Under the pieces are notes generated by a model that made no database searches, had not been told where the DNA came from, and saw only the letters and a list, made by a program, of their open reading frames with translations. DNA of 31,398 nt from a virus (lineage: Duplodnaviria > Caudoviricetes): positions 1-31,398 of IMG/VR virus record IMGVR_UViG_3300020045_007319; one strand, given 5' to 3'. The position numbers and the translations under genes were made by a program. Positions 7,910 to 16,938 of the stretch are shown here, piece after piece (the stretch's first letter is position 1; each line of letters starts with the position of its first letter).

Positions 7910-8731
7910 TTATATTCCACTTGAACTTGAACTAGAACTACTTGAAGAATCTACAGAACTAGAAGAACTTGAGCTTGAACTAGAGCTTGAATAACTAGAA
8001 GAGCTTGAACTGCTTGAACTAGAATCTATTGAACTACTAGAACTAGAACTAGAATTATCCTCATCATAAAAATTAGGAAATCTTTGTTTTGTTCCTACTC
8101 CTGTTGACTGATAATGAATATCTATATAATGAATAAATGGTGCTTGGTCTAAAGTATCGGCAACATCAGCAGCATTTCTATATGTTCTAACTAAAATAAT
8201 ACCATCTGGCTCTAAATTATCACTATCTATTTGATTACCACTAGGGCTTGCAGCAGATAATTGAACTTCAGCAATATTATGCATGTATTGAGTTGTAGAT
8301 GCTGTTTGTACTACTGAGGTTGTTATAGGGGCAGAAAATCCAGCTTGTTGATGTCCTTTAGCATAAATAACATCAAAATAAAATTTAATATCACCAGGGG
8401 CACCAGCAGTACCACCAGTGTCAATAACAATTTGAGACCAATGTACGTGAATATAAATATCTGTTCCTACTACATAATCATGAGGCATATGAAATTCATG
8501 AAATACTTCTTTTATTCCAGCAGTTGCTCCTAAAGAATATTGGTACACATTTCCACGATAAACTGTTAAAGTCGGATCGGTTGCACCCAATGTTTTTATA
8601 ACGATATTACCTATTAAATCTCTCCAACCAAAAGTCGGATTATATAAGTCTACTTTTATACCAAACCAATTTTCTTTTGGCAATACTAATGCTGTAGTTA
8701 TATTTACATTATCTAATTGTTGTGTGCTCAT
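7910..8731 (-). CDS. Putative virion accessory protein with C-terminal poly-Ser tail
   Basis: Beta-rich domain with MPHDYVVGTDIYIHVHW motif; about 45-residue Ser tract ending SSSSGI. Confidence 0.7.
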   Translation of the reverse strand: MSTQQLDNVNITTALVLPKENWFGIKVDLYNPTFGWRDLIGNIVIKTLGATDPTLTVYRGNVYQYSLGATAGIKEVFHEFHMPHDYVVGTDIYIHVHWSQIVIDTGGTAGAPGDIKFYFDVIYAKGHQQAGFSAPITTSVVQTASTTQYMHNIAEVQLSAASPSGNQIDSDNLEPDGIILVRTYRNAADVADTLDQAPFIHYIDIHYQSTGVGTKQRFPNFYDEDNSSSSSSSSIDSSSSSSSSSSYSSSSSSSSSSSSVDSSSSSSSSSSGI

Positions 8732-9609
8732 TAATTACTCACCTTCATAAGTTTGTTAGTATATTGACCATTAGGGGATATTACATAAATATAAACATCA
8801 CCATTTGTCCAAACATGATAAAATATAGGAAGACCAACATATTTTACATCTGATTTATTTACTCTATTTGTTTTATCTATATCCCATTCAAAATGAGTTA
8901 AATAAACACCGGGTGCAGATGGAATAATAAATTTAGCTAAAGATTGAGGTCCGAATAAACTCTCAAAGTCTCCATTATATCCATCATTATTTACCATTCT
9001 AGTTTTTAGAAGAAATGCATAACTATCTCTTATTACATCGTTAGTTATATTTATTATTATTTTAAATTCTTCAACATTATATGGAATAATGGTTGGTATA
9101 GTACTTTCAAACTCTTGTACTGTTATTCCATCACTTGTATTTTTAATATATAAATCACCCATTATTGTAGGATTTTTATTTGGTTGGGTTGTATGTCTGC
9201 CTTTAAAGGTAAACTCGTATAATCCCTTAACTAATATTGCAGGCATTTGATTTGAAGGAATTAAATAACTTGCAAAATATTGACCATTAGTTACAGGGCC
9301 GGGATAAACAGAAGTTTGATTTGTAGTTGGAACAGTTAAAGATGCAGACCTACCTACTACTGCTCCATAACTTATTTCATTAGTTGTAAAATAATATGTT
9401 GCTGAAACTGGTAAAAATTCTTCTGTTAAATAAGCAAATCCATTTGTATCTTGAATATTTGGTATAACAAGAAAAGAAATATTTTCTACAACATTATTAT
9501 TATCAACCAGAATTGCTTTTGATGCATAAGAATAATTAAATGAATTAAATAATATAATAGAACTTATAAATATTGTTTTTAGTGTTTTTAGTTTTTTTAA
9601 CTTACACAT
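8731..9609 (-). CDS. Tail-module protein with N-terminal signal peptide
   Basis: SD GGAGG favours the ATG at 9609 (MCKLKKLKTLKTIFISSIILFNSFNYSYA-SK) over 9633. Confidence 0.65.
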   Translation of the reverse strand: MCKLKKLKTLKTIFISSIILFNSFNYSYASKAILVDNNNVVENISFLVIPNIQDTNGFAYLTEEFLPVSATYYFTTNEISYGAVVGRSASLTVPTTNQTSVYPGPVTNGQYFASYLIPSNQMPAILVKGLYEFTFKGRHTTQPNKNPTIMGDLYIKNTSDGITVQEFESTIPTIIPYNVEEFKIIINITNDVIRDSYAFLLKTRMVNNDGYNGDFESLFGPQSLAKFIIPSAPGVYLTHFEWDIDKTNRVNKSDVKYVGLPIFYHVWTNGDVYIYVISPNGQYTNKLMKVSN

Positions 9610-12407
9610 AAAATTCCTCCACGAATAAAACACGGCAAAAGTGTCCCATCATCTGCTACTAAATTAACATTACTCACCATTGTCAACCCTTGATTTGTTG
9701 ATTGATAAAAATCTCCTGAAGCAATAATATCTACAGCATTAACATTAGCTGAAGCAGTTATTCCTACACCATCTATATTTCCTGTTGCAATAAAATCATT
9801 ATTTAAAGTTGCTGTAGAACCAGATAAAGTAAAACTTCCACTACCAGTAATTGTTTGCAAAGAAATATTTGAAGTAGCAACAAGCACTATGTCTGCATCA
9901 GCATTTAAATTAATATCGGTAGCAGAATCTAAGTTAATATCATTACCACCAGACATTATTGTTAATATTCCAGTTAATGCAGTAATATCTAAATCGGTTC
10001 CTGCAACAACATCTAAATTAGCATCCGTATTTATAGACATTGTTCCACCAGAATGTGTATTAGATGTTCCAACAATATTTGATAAAAAGTTGGTAGAAAC
10101 ATTTAAATTCATATCACTTCCAGAACTTAAATTAACTACAGCACCAGCATTTAAATTAAGATCAGCAGAAGTAGAACTTACATTTACATCACCTGTACTT
10201 GCACCCATGTCTAAATTAGTATTAGCAACAATAGTAATAAATGTATCGGCACTTACATCAAGATTAGACCCTGCATCAATAATAGTATCTAATATAGAAC
10301 GAATTGTCATTGTTGTAGTTGCAAGTAAATCTGTGGTTGTTGTAGAATTTGAAACAATATAAGTTCCAGCAGTCAATTGTATAAAAGCATCAGAATCTAT
10401 ACCAACACTAGCTCCACCAACTAAATCTAACGAAGTATCTGAATCAATTATAATGCCACTACTAGAATGTAAATCTACTGAAAGATTATCTACTTTAAAT
10501 GTACTAGAATTCCAATTATTATTAGTTTCTGTACCTTCTATTCTAAATGTTCCAGAATCAACAATACCATTAGTTGCATAATCGGCATCATCAGGATTAC
10601 GAACATCTGTATTAGCCCAATATTGAGGATGGTCATCTCCGTCAGTTAAATCAGCTAAATCATGGTGAGAGTTAGAATATCCTATAATTGAACCTGCAAA
10701 GTTAGAATAGTTTGTAGAGTTAGCAGAGTTAGCAAATTCGGCATAATTAGCAGTATTAGAATATTCAGAAAAATTAGCTATTGCTGCACTATTGGCAAAG
10801 TTAGCAAAGTTAGAACTATTAGCAGCTTCTATAGGTACACATTCATTTATATAAGTAATCATAGAAGTTGTATCCATGTAGCCTATAGTTACTGGATCAG
10901 CAGAAGAATCTCTTACAACGAATCTAGTTTCTTCACAAACTCCTGCTGCTGCTGTACCTGCTTTAAAATTATAAAGTTCGTATCTAAATATATCACTTGT
11001 TCCTATAGACTTATAATGTGAATCGTTATATTTAGCATCCATTAATATAAAGAAAGATTTTATATCTCCATGATAGTATTGCTCTACTGTTCCATCTGGG
11101 TGAACAACTCCTATAGTAAATCTTTCATAACGATTTCCAGGAGAATCGGTTTCACTTTGTTTATATCCACCATCACCTAATATTGTTATTGTCGTAGGGG
11201 TATCAGTATCTACAGGAACTAAAACCTCTACATAAATATAGGTATCTACAACAGTACTAATTGCAATCGTAGCAGCTCCAACAGTCATTAATGTAGAGTC
11301 ATTTTCTTTATTATATGTCCAATTACCACCATTAACATTAGCAGTAGTATTTGAAGTGACTGTTATATCAAATGGCATTTCTTCAGAAGTTTCACCTAAG
11401 ATATCTTTTACATCTCCATGATAATATTGTTCTATTGTTCCATCATCTTCAACTCTTCCTATAACAAATCTATCATATCTGTGTCCATCAGGGAATACTT
11501 CTGTTGTAGGGAAAGGGTCAGAAGTTGATTGGGCTTTAATTTCTAATCCAGTAGGTATTCCACCAGTATTAGTAGCCATTTCTAAAAATAAATAATTTGG
11601 TACTAATGAACCTGCAATAAAAGTAGGTGCAATTTCTACAACGGGATTTAATCTTCCATCAGAAACATTAGAAAAATATGTTTCACCATCAATTTCTCTT
11701 ATCCAACTTCCACCATGTACTTTAATTACACAATTTGCTTCATCAAGGACGTTCCCAACAGAAGTAATATCAAAATGATTTTCTTCTACTGGTAAAATAT
11801 CTTTATAATCTCCGTGGAAGAATTGAGTTATTGTTCCAGTATTAGATATTTCACCTATAACAAATCTATCCCATCTATAATTATCATCTATTTCTGTAAC
11901 AGGATATGGCCATAAATAAGGACCGGGTGAAGGAGAAGGTTCTGTATTGGATGCATCATAAGCTTTTATTTCTATTGTTTCTGGAATTAAAGTTACAACA
12001 TTACTTTTCATTTCTAAAGTAATATTTTGTGGAACGAAAACATTAGCAACGAATACTGGAGTGACAGAAACATTTGAATTATAAGTTCCATCTCCGACTG
12101 ACATTAAATTTGTTTCGTTATTTACATCTCTAACCCATGAACCACCTAAAACTGATATTGTACAATTAGCAACGTCAAGAATATTAGATACGGATTCGAT
12201 TTGAAAATTCATATCTTCATTATCTTCACCAGTACCATTTCTTAATGATACGTGAATACCATCTGAACGAACAATTGTATTAAATTCTCTAGGGTCAAAA
12301 TCAAATTTACGAATAGAATTAACAATACGAGCAGAAGAATTAAATGCATCTGTATTAATTACTATTCTACTATTTTGTTTTCCTACCTGTTTTCCTAAAT
12401 CTAACAT
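9597..12407 (-). CDS. Tail tip/central spike protein with three N-terminal repeats and a C-terminal beta-helix
   Basis: Three repeats with GG[SN]W...RF[VT]IG...GT[IV]xQ..HGD; ANxAN repeats; long region with about 8-residue periodicity resembling gp5/VgrG triple beta-helix. Confidence 0.65.
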   Translation of the reverse strand: MLDLGKQVGKQNSRIVINTDAFNSSARIVNSIRKFDFDPREFNTIVRSDGIHVSLRNGTGEDNEDMNFQIESVSNILDVANCTISVLGGSWVRDVNNETNLMSVGDGTYNSNVSVTPVFVANVFVPQNITLEMKSNVVTLIPETIEIKAYDASNTEPSPSPGPYLWPYPVTEIDDNYRWDRFVIGEISNTGTITQFFHGDYKDILPVEENHFDITSVGNVLDEANCVIKVHGGSWIREIDGETYFSNVSDGRLNPVVEIAPTFIAGSLVPNYLFLEMATNTGGIPTGLEIKAQSTSDPFPTTEVFPDGHRYDRFVIGRVEDDGTIEQYYHGDVKDILGETSEEMPFDITVTSNTTANVNGGNWTYNKENDSTLMTVGAATIAISTVVDTYIYVEVLVPVDTDTPTTITILGDGGYKQSETDSPGNRYERFTIGVVHPDGTVEQYYHGDIKSFFILMDAKYNDSHYKSIGTSDIFRYELYNFKAGTAAAGVCEETRFVVRDSSADPVTIGYMDTTSMITYINECVPIEAANSSNFANFANSAAIANFSEYSNTANYAEFANSANSTNYSNFAGSIIGYSNSHHDLADLTDGDDHPQYWANTDVRNPDDADYATNGIVDSGTFRIEGTETNNNWNSSTFKVDNLSVDLHSSSGIIIDSDTSLDLVGGASVGIDSDAFIQLTAGTYIVSNSTTTTDLLATTTMTIRSILDTIIDAGSNLDVSADTFITIVANTNLDMGASTGDVNVSSTSADLNLNAGAVVNLSSGSDMNLNVSTNFLSNIVGTSNTHSGGTMSINTDANLDVVAGTDLDITALTGILTIMSGGNDINLDSATDINLNADADIVLVATSNISLQTITGSGSFTLSGSTATLNNDFIATGNIDGVGITASANVNAVDIIASGDFYQSTNQGLTMVSNVNLVADDGTLLPCFIRGGILCVS

Positions 12408-12428
12408 TATAATTCCTTAAGTAAAAAA

Positions 12429-13283
12429 TTAACTACTAATTGTTCCAAGGTCTAGTACAGAAACAACTGGTGCAGATGCTGTTATTAAATCACCAAAATC
12501 TGCCTTTTCATATAATCCTGTTGGTCCAACACTATCTACTTGGTATGGAGCATCAAATAATCCAGTGTCATCTCTTAATTGCCAGTTCCAACCATCACTA
12601 AATCCATCAATACTTCCTTGAGGGTCTGGAACATTACGAACACTAAACATTAAATCAATTTTCCAATAATTTTTACCATTTGTATTTCTAAATAAATTAG
12701 CATTACATCCAGTATATAGAACTGTTCCTGCTGCTAATCCTGCAAAAGTTCCTTCATTTACTTTTCCGGCTGTTGCTACTGATATTGCTAAAAAGTCTGC
12801 TAATGATGCACTATAAACTGCTCTTTGCATTCTAATAGTTGTCAATGAAACTAATCTAAATAATGGTTGTTTTACAGAGGCACCATCTGAAGACCAATGA
12901 TGTGTATCTATATTTTTAGGAGGTTCCCATGCAACTACTTCACCACCATTTTCAATACTTAAAGGCAAATCTTCTTCGGCAGTAGTTGTTGGTGTTCCAG
13001 AAGAGTTAGTATTTACTTGAGATGGATCATATGCCGTACTATCATAGCTACATTCATAAGTTCTAAAACATTTTTTTTCGTCTAAATATCTTATTGTAAT
13101 TCTTTTTAATGTACAATTTTCTTCAGTATCAGTAGTCCCCCAAGCATCACCTAATTCTGGCAAGTCTTCTGGAGTTAAACCTGGAAGGGCATCTGCTTCA
13201 ACATATGTTCTAGTTCCAACAGTTCCATTAACACTTATTTCAAAGCTCCATCCCTTTGTTAATTTTACTACACTTACTGACAT
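12429..13283 (-). CDS. Distal tail/hub protein
   Basis: Immediately follows the tape measure gene; beta-rich, 284 aa. Confidence 0.6.
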   Translation of the reverse strand: MSVSVVKLTKGWSFEISVNGTVGTRTYVEADALPGLTPEDLPELGDAWGTTDTEENCTLKRITIRYLDEKKCFRTYECSYDSTAYDPSQVNTNSSGTPTTTAEEDLPLSIENGGEVVAWEPPKNIDTHHWSSDGASVKQPLFRLVSLTTIRMQRAVYSASLADFLAISVATAGKVNEGTFAGLAAGTVLYTGCNANLFRNTNGKNYWKIDLMFSVRNVPDPQGSIDGFSDGWNWQLRDDTGLFDAPYQVDSVGPTGLYEKADFGDLITASAPVVSVLDLGTISS

Positions 13284-13297
13284 AAAATACCTCCAAA

Positions 13298-14761
13298 TTA
13301 AACTTCTGTACCGGCAGGAGCACTAACCATTCTTAAAAATTCCTTCTGCAAATCATTTCCCTTTTTAGCCTCATCTGCAATTGTTTTATTTAATTCTATT
13401 AACTTCTTAGAATCATCCAACATTTTATCTGCCCACTTCATTTGAATATCTTGAGCATAATTTATTGCTTCTGTAAAAGATGTACGTTCACCAGAAAAAC
13501 CTAACTTACTATTTAATAGGTCTGCCCTTTCATTAATAGCTTTCATATAATCTTTATTAATTTCATCCATTCTTTTATTAAATTCTTTATATCCTTCAAT
13601 GTTAAATACAGATTTCATTGGGGATTGTTGGGTTTTATTTCTATCCATAAATTTATTATATTCTTTTTGGGCATTATCAAATATGCCTTTAAAGCTCATA
13701 TCTATTTTTTCACCACTTCCTAATATTGGTATTTTTGATAACTCACTAAAAAATCTTTTTACTATGGAAAATAACCAAATAAATCTACCAGCTATTGCAT
13801 CTATTAGCTCATTAATTACACCACCAATAATTTCAAAAGCACTTCCTACTTTTTCCATAATTGAACCTAATAGTTCCAAAGCAGATTTAAATCCACCAGT
13901 ATAAGAAATTACTCTAATTAATGCAGAAATAACCAATCCTATTCCAAGCCCTTTTAAAACGTTAGATAAAGTAAAAAGTCCCTTCGATATAATAGTAATA
14001 GACTTAACAGTATTTTCTACACCTCTATTAATAATTAAAGTTGGGAAAGCAGACGTTGATTTAGATACAGCTTCCTTTACCTGTCCAATTGGAGTTGGAG
14101 CAGTTGGTGTAAAAGTTTGTTTAGAACCAAATAATTTAGAAATAATTCCTGCAAAACCTGCACCTCCAGCAGCACCTACACCAGAAGCTAATCCAGAAGT
14201 TACAGATAATGTTTTTAATCCTTCAGATAATTTAATCATTGTTTCTATAGACTTAGTAAATGCTTCAATTGCTTTTGTTGCTAAAAATAATACTGCAAGT
14301 CCTTCAACAGCTTTTACAAATGCATTAATTTGTTGTTGAGATATTCTATTTATAGATGCACTTAATTTATATATAAAATCTATTGCCCTATTGTTTCCCC
14401 ATAAAGGAGCATTTAATATTTTTTGAAACACAGAAGACAATCTAGTATTTAATATTTGAGTTGCAGTCTTCCATTCTGCCTGAACCTGTTTTGCAGCATT
14501 ACTAGTATCTTTACTAAATGCTTTTCCGGCAATTGCAACATAAGCTAAAGCACCGGTTAAAATATTACGAATATTATTAGCAACTTGTCCAGCAGCTTGA
14601 CTAATTCTTCCAGAGACTTCACCAATTTGTTTATTATATTTAGAATTAGCATCAGATATTTGTTTATTAACTTGCTGTTGAACTTTTGCCATTCCAGCAT
14701 TTAATTCACTTGTATCAACTTTTACTGAAACATATGTCTCTGCTATTTGTTGGGCACACAT
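13298..14761 (-). CDS. Tape measure protein, 487 aa
   Basis: N-terminal IAETYVSVKVDTSELNAG, Ala/Gly-rich amphipathic helices, hydrophobic stretches, position after the chaperone pair. Confidence 0.85.
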   Translation of the reverse strand: MCAQQIAETYVSVKVDTSELNAGMAKVQQQVNKQISDANSKYNKQIGEVSGRISQAAGQVANNIRNILTGALAYVAIAGKAFSKDTSNAAKQVQAEWKTATQILNTRLSSVFQKILNAPLWGNNRAIDFIYKLSASINRISQQQINAFVKAVEGLAVLFLATKAIEAFTKSIETMIKLSEGLKTLSVTSGLASGVGAAGGAGFAGIISKLFGSKQTFTPTAPTPIGQVKEAVSKSTSAFPTLIINRGVENTVKSITIISKGLFTLSNVLKGLGIGLVISALIRVISYTGGFKSALELLGSIMEKVGSAFEIIGGVINELIDAIAGRFIWLFSIVKRFFSELSKIPILGSGEKIDMSFKGIFDNAQKEYNKFMDRNKTQQSPMKSVFNIEGYKEFNKRMDEINKDYMKAINERADLLNSKLGFSGERTSFTEAINYAQDIQMKWADKMLDDSKKLIELNKTIADEAKKGNDLQKEFLRMVSAPAGTEV

Positions 14762-15037
14762 TACTTTATATTTCCTTTACCTAATTTTTTCTGAATATCT
14801 TTTAATTTTTCTCTCTGTATCTCTGGATTCTCTTCAAACTCTTCTTCATCCTTTGTGCCATTTTCTTGTTTTAATATATATACTAAGCCATCCTGTATTG
14901 CACTAACTTGACTCGGACTTAAACCTAATATATATTCAATATCCCAACCAAACTTATAAGCAAACAAAGCAATGGTTTTTTCCCATTCAACTCCCTTGCT
15001 ACTATCTTTTCTTTTTTTTATTATTCTATTTTTTTTT
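14761..15037 (-). CDS. Tail assembly chaperone frameshift extension (gpT-like part of gpGT)
   Basis: Open -1 frame from the A9 run at 15029-15037 (CAA AAA AAA ATA) through ...GVEWEKTIALFAYKFGWDIEYILGLSPSQ to the stop at 14761. Confidence 0.75.
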
Positions 15038-15467
15038 GTGCTTCAGTAATAATATCTTCTTTTATATCTTTTATATCATTACCAATAGAATAACTAATTA
15101 TTTGAGAGATAATATCAGAATTATTTGCATCCTCTATAATTGCATTTATTTCTTCTTGGCTTACTTTTTGACATAGATTAAATGCTTTATAGAGAACCTT
15201 TATTCCACCACTATTTGATTGTAATCTTTCTTGAACTTTTTCATCCATTACTTTTCCAACTGGCATCTTATTGGTTTTAAAAAATATTTCTTTATCTTTA
15301 TCTTCTAAAACTTTAAGCATCTCTCTAGTATTTGTAAAATAATCTTCTCTTATTTCTTTTTCAAATTCAGCAAAAATAGAATTTAAAGAAAGTCTTTTTA
15401 TTTTATATACTTTTTCACCAATTTTAAAGTCAAGTGGTGTATTAGCTAATTCACTTATATTACTCAT
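15021..15467 (-). CDS. Tail assembly chaperone (gpG-like)
   Basis: Lies between tail tube and tape measure; ends in the slippery A AAA AAA sequence. Confidence 0.8.
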   Translation of the reverse strand: MSNISELANTPLDFKIGEKVYKIKRLSLNSIFAEFEKEIREDYFTNTREMLKVLEDKDKEIFFKTNKMPVGKVMDEKVQERLQSNSGGIKVLYKAFNLCQKVSQEEINAIIEDANNSDIISQIISYSIGNDIKDIKEDIITEAQKKIE

Positions 15468-15497
15468 ATTTTTACTCCTTTTTATTTTAATTAACTA

Positions 15498-15830
15498 TTA
15501 ACCAGTGATTCTCCAAGTTGAATTGAATAGAATAACATCGGCAGAATCGGCAGGAATACTTTTTGCAGAACATACCGTATTATAAGAGAACGATACATTA
15601 CATACGTTTCCTGATAGAGTTGCTGTATCACCTACATCACCTGGGTCATCGTATGAAACTACTGTTACTGTTCCTTTATAGCTACAAACTGTGACCGGAA
15701 TAAAATTAGATGTGTCACTAAAGCTAGGTGTATCTATTTCGTTTGCAGAAACATCTATTGTAAAACTTTTAACATCCGAACCAGCACCAGATATAGATGC
15801 ATCTTTACCACAACATGCTGTGACTGACAT
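15498..15830 (-). CDS. Tail tube (major tail) protein, unusually short (110 aa)
   Basis: Position before the chaperone, strong SD AGGAGG, own late motif, beta-strand pattern ending FNSTWRITG. Confidence 0.7.
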   Translation of the reverse strand: MSVTACCGKDASISGAGSDVKSFTIDVSANEIDTPSFSDTSNFIPVTVCSYKGTVTVVSYDDPGDVGDTATLSGNVCNVSFSYNTVCSAKSIPADSADVILFNSTWRITG

Positions 15831-15879
15831 AATTAAACCTCCTACTATTTATTTTTAAACACTACTTATCCATCATTAA

Positions 15880-15891
15880 AATAGTATAAAA
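15880..15891 (-). promoter_or_regulatory. Putative late promoter motif
   Basis: Exact TTTTATACTATT upstream of the tail tube gene. Confidence 0.7.
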
Positions 15892-15910
15892 CATAAAATA
15901 TTGTTTCATT

Positions 15911-16222
15911 CTATAATAAATCCTTTAAATTATCCTCTATTGTGTCCTTTCCTTCATATAAAGTTGACCTTAAAAAGCTTTGTGGAGGCATATTCTTTGT
16001 TCCTAATTCAACATAAATTGCATAATCTAAGTCAGAACCCAAATTTATTTCTTTAGTAATAGAATCTTTATCATATTTTATTGATTCTTTTAGCTTACCA
16101 GTAGCAACAGGAACTTTATTTTTTGCAGTATTAACAAATTCTTCACCAATTTTATCCAAAGATTTGTTTATTTCCACATCTAAAGCAGCAACAAATTCTT
16201 TTATTTTCCATTTAGTTTCCAT
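15911..16222 (-). CDS. HK97 gp10-like neck/tail completion protein
   Basis: AKNKVPVATGKLKESI...YAIYVELGTKNMPPQSFLR signature. Confidence 0.9.
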   Translation of the reverse strand: METKWKIKEFVAALDVEINKSLDKIGEEFVNTAKNKVPVATGKLKESIKYDKDSITKEINLGSDLDYAIYVELGTKNMPPQSFLRSTLYEGKDTIEDNLKDLL

Positions 16223-16933
16223 TTATTTATCCTTATTAGATTTATTACACCAAAATAAATCATTCTTTCTTCCTCTATTATTATTTTGAACATTAAAACC
16301 ATAATACTTTAAATATATCTCTAATATATTCATAGAAAATTTATCATAACCATCTATTAAACATATATAAGGTATCCCATCATCAAAGAAATTATGATAT
16401 TCACCAACTATAATATCTACCTTGTCTAATTTATTACTTGTCAATAAAATAGGATATTCAGAACCCTCACAATCTAATTTTAATAATATTTTATTCTCTG
16501 GATATTTATTTTCTATCTCTTCAATTATTTTATCTAAAGCAATTGTTTGAACATTATAATTTTTATTACCTCTAGTTTCACTTTGTATTACATTATGAGA
16601 GCCAGTATTTAGTTTATTATTCTCTCCAAAGATAACCATATTTAATTCTGGCATTTCTTTCAGGTCACTTCTCCAGACTGCCAGATTATTTAATTGAACA
16701 TTAGAATATTCTTTTAAATTTTTGCATGCTAGATTATAATTATCTATCATTGGCTCATAAGCATAAATAAATTTTGCATTACGTTGAATACAAGCATAAG
16801 TAAAGCAACCGATATGAGCACCAATGTCAATAATAATATAGTTATCTAATGATTCTTGCAGTTTATAATCATTACGGTTGACAACTTCGGCATAAACAAT
16901 ATTATCCCAAGTATTCTCACGTATAGTAATCAT
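16223..16933 (-). CDS. FkbM-family SAM-dependent methyltransferase
   Basis: IIDIGAHIGCF, YAYEP, LKLDCEGSEYPIL, IVGEYH motifs. Confidence 0.9.
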   Translation of the reverse strand: MITIRENTWDNIVYAEVVNRNDYKLQESLDNYIIIDIGAHIGCFTYACIQRNAKFIYAYEPMIDNYNLACKNLKEYSNVQLNNLAVWRSDLKEMPELNMVIFGENNKLNTGSHNVIQSETRGNKNYNVQTIALDKIIEEIENKYPENKILLKLDCEGSEYPILLTSNKLDKVDIIVGEYHNFFDDGIPYICLIDGYDKFSMNILEIYLKYYGFNVQNNNRGRKNDLFWCNKSNKDK

Positions 16934-16938
16934 ATTTA

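Noticed and set aside
9889-10362. 157-aa plus-strand ORF
   Set aside because: Antisense shadow of the spike beta-helix; no SD or motif
7078-13283. Host assignment to the PVC superphylum from the look of the tail proteins
   Set aside because: Impression only; needs homology or spacer searches that I cannot run
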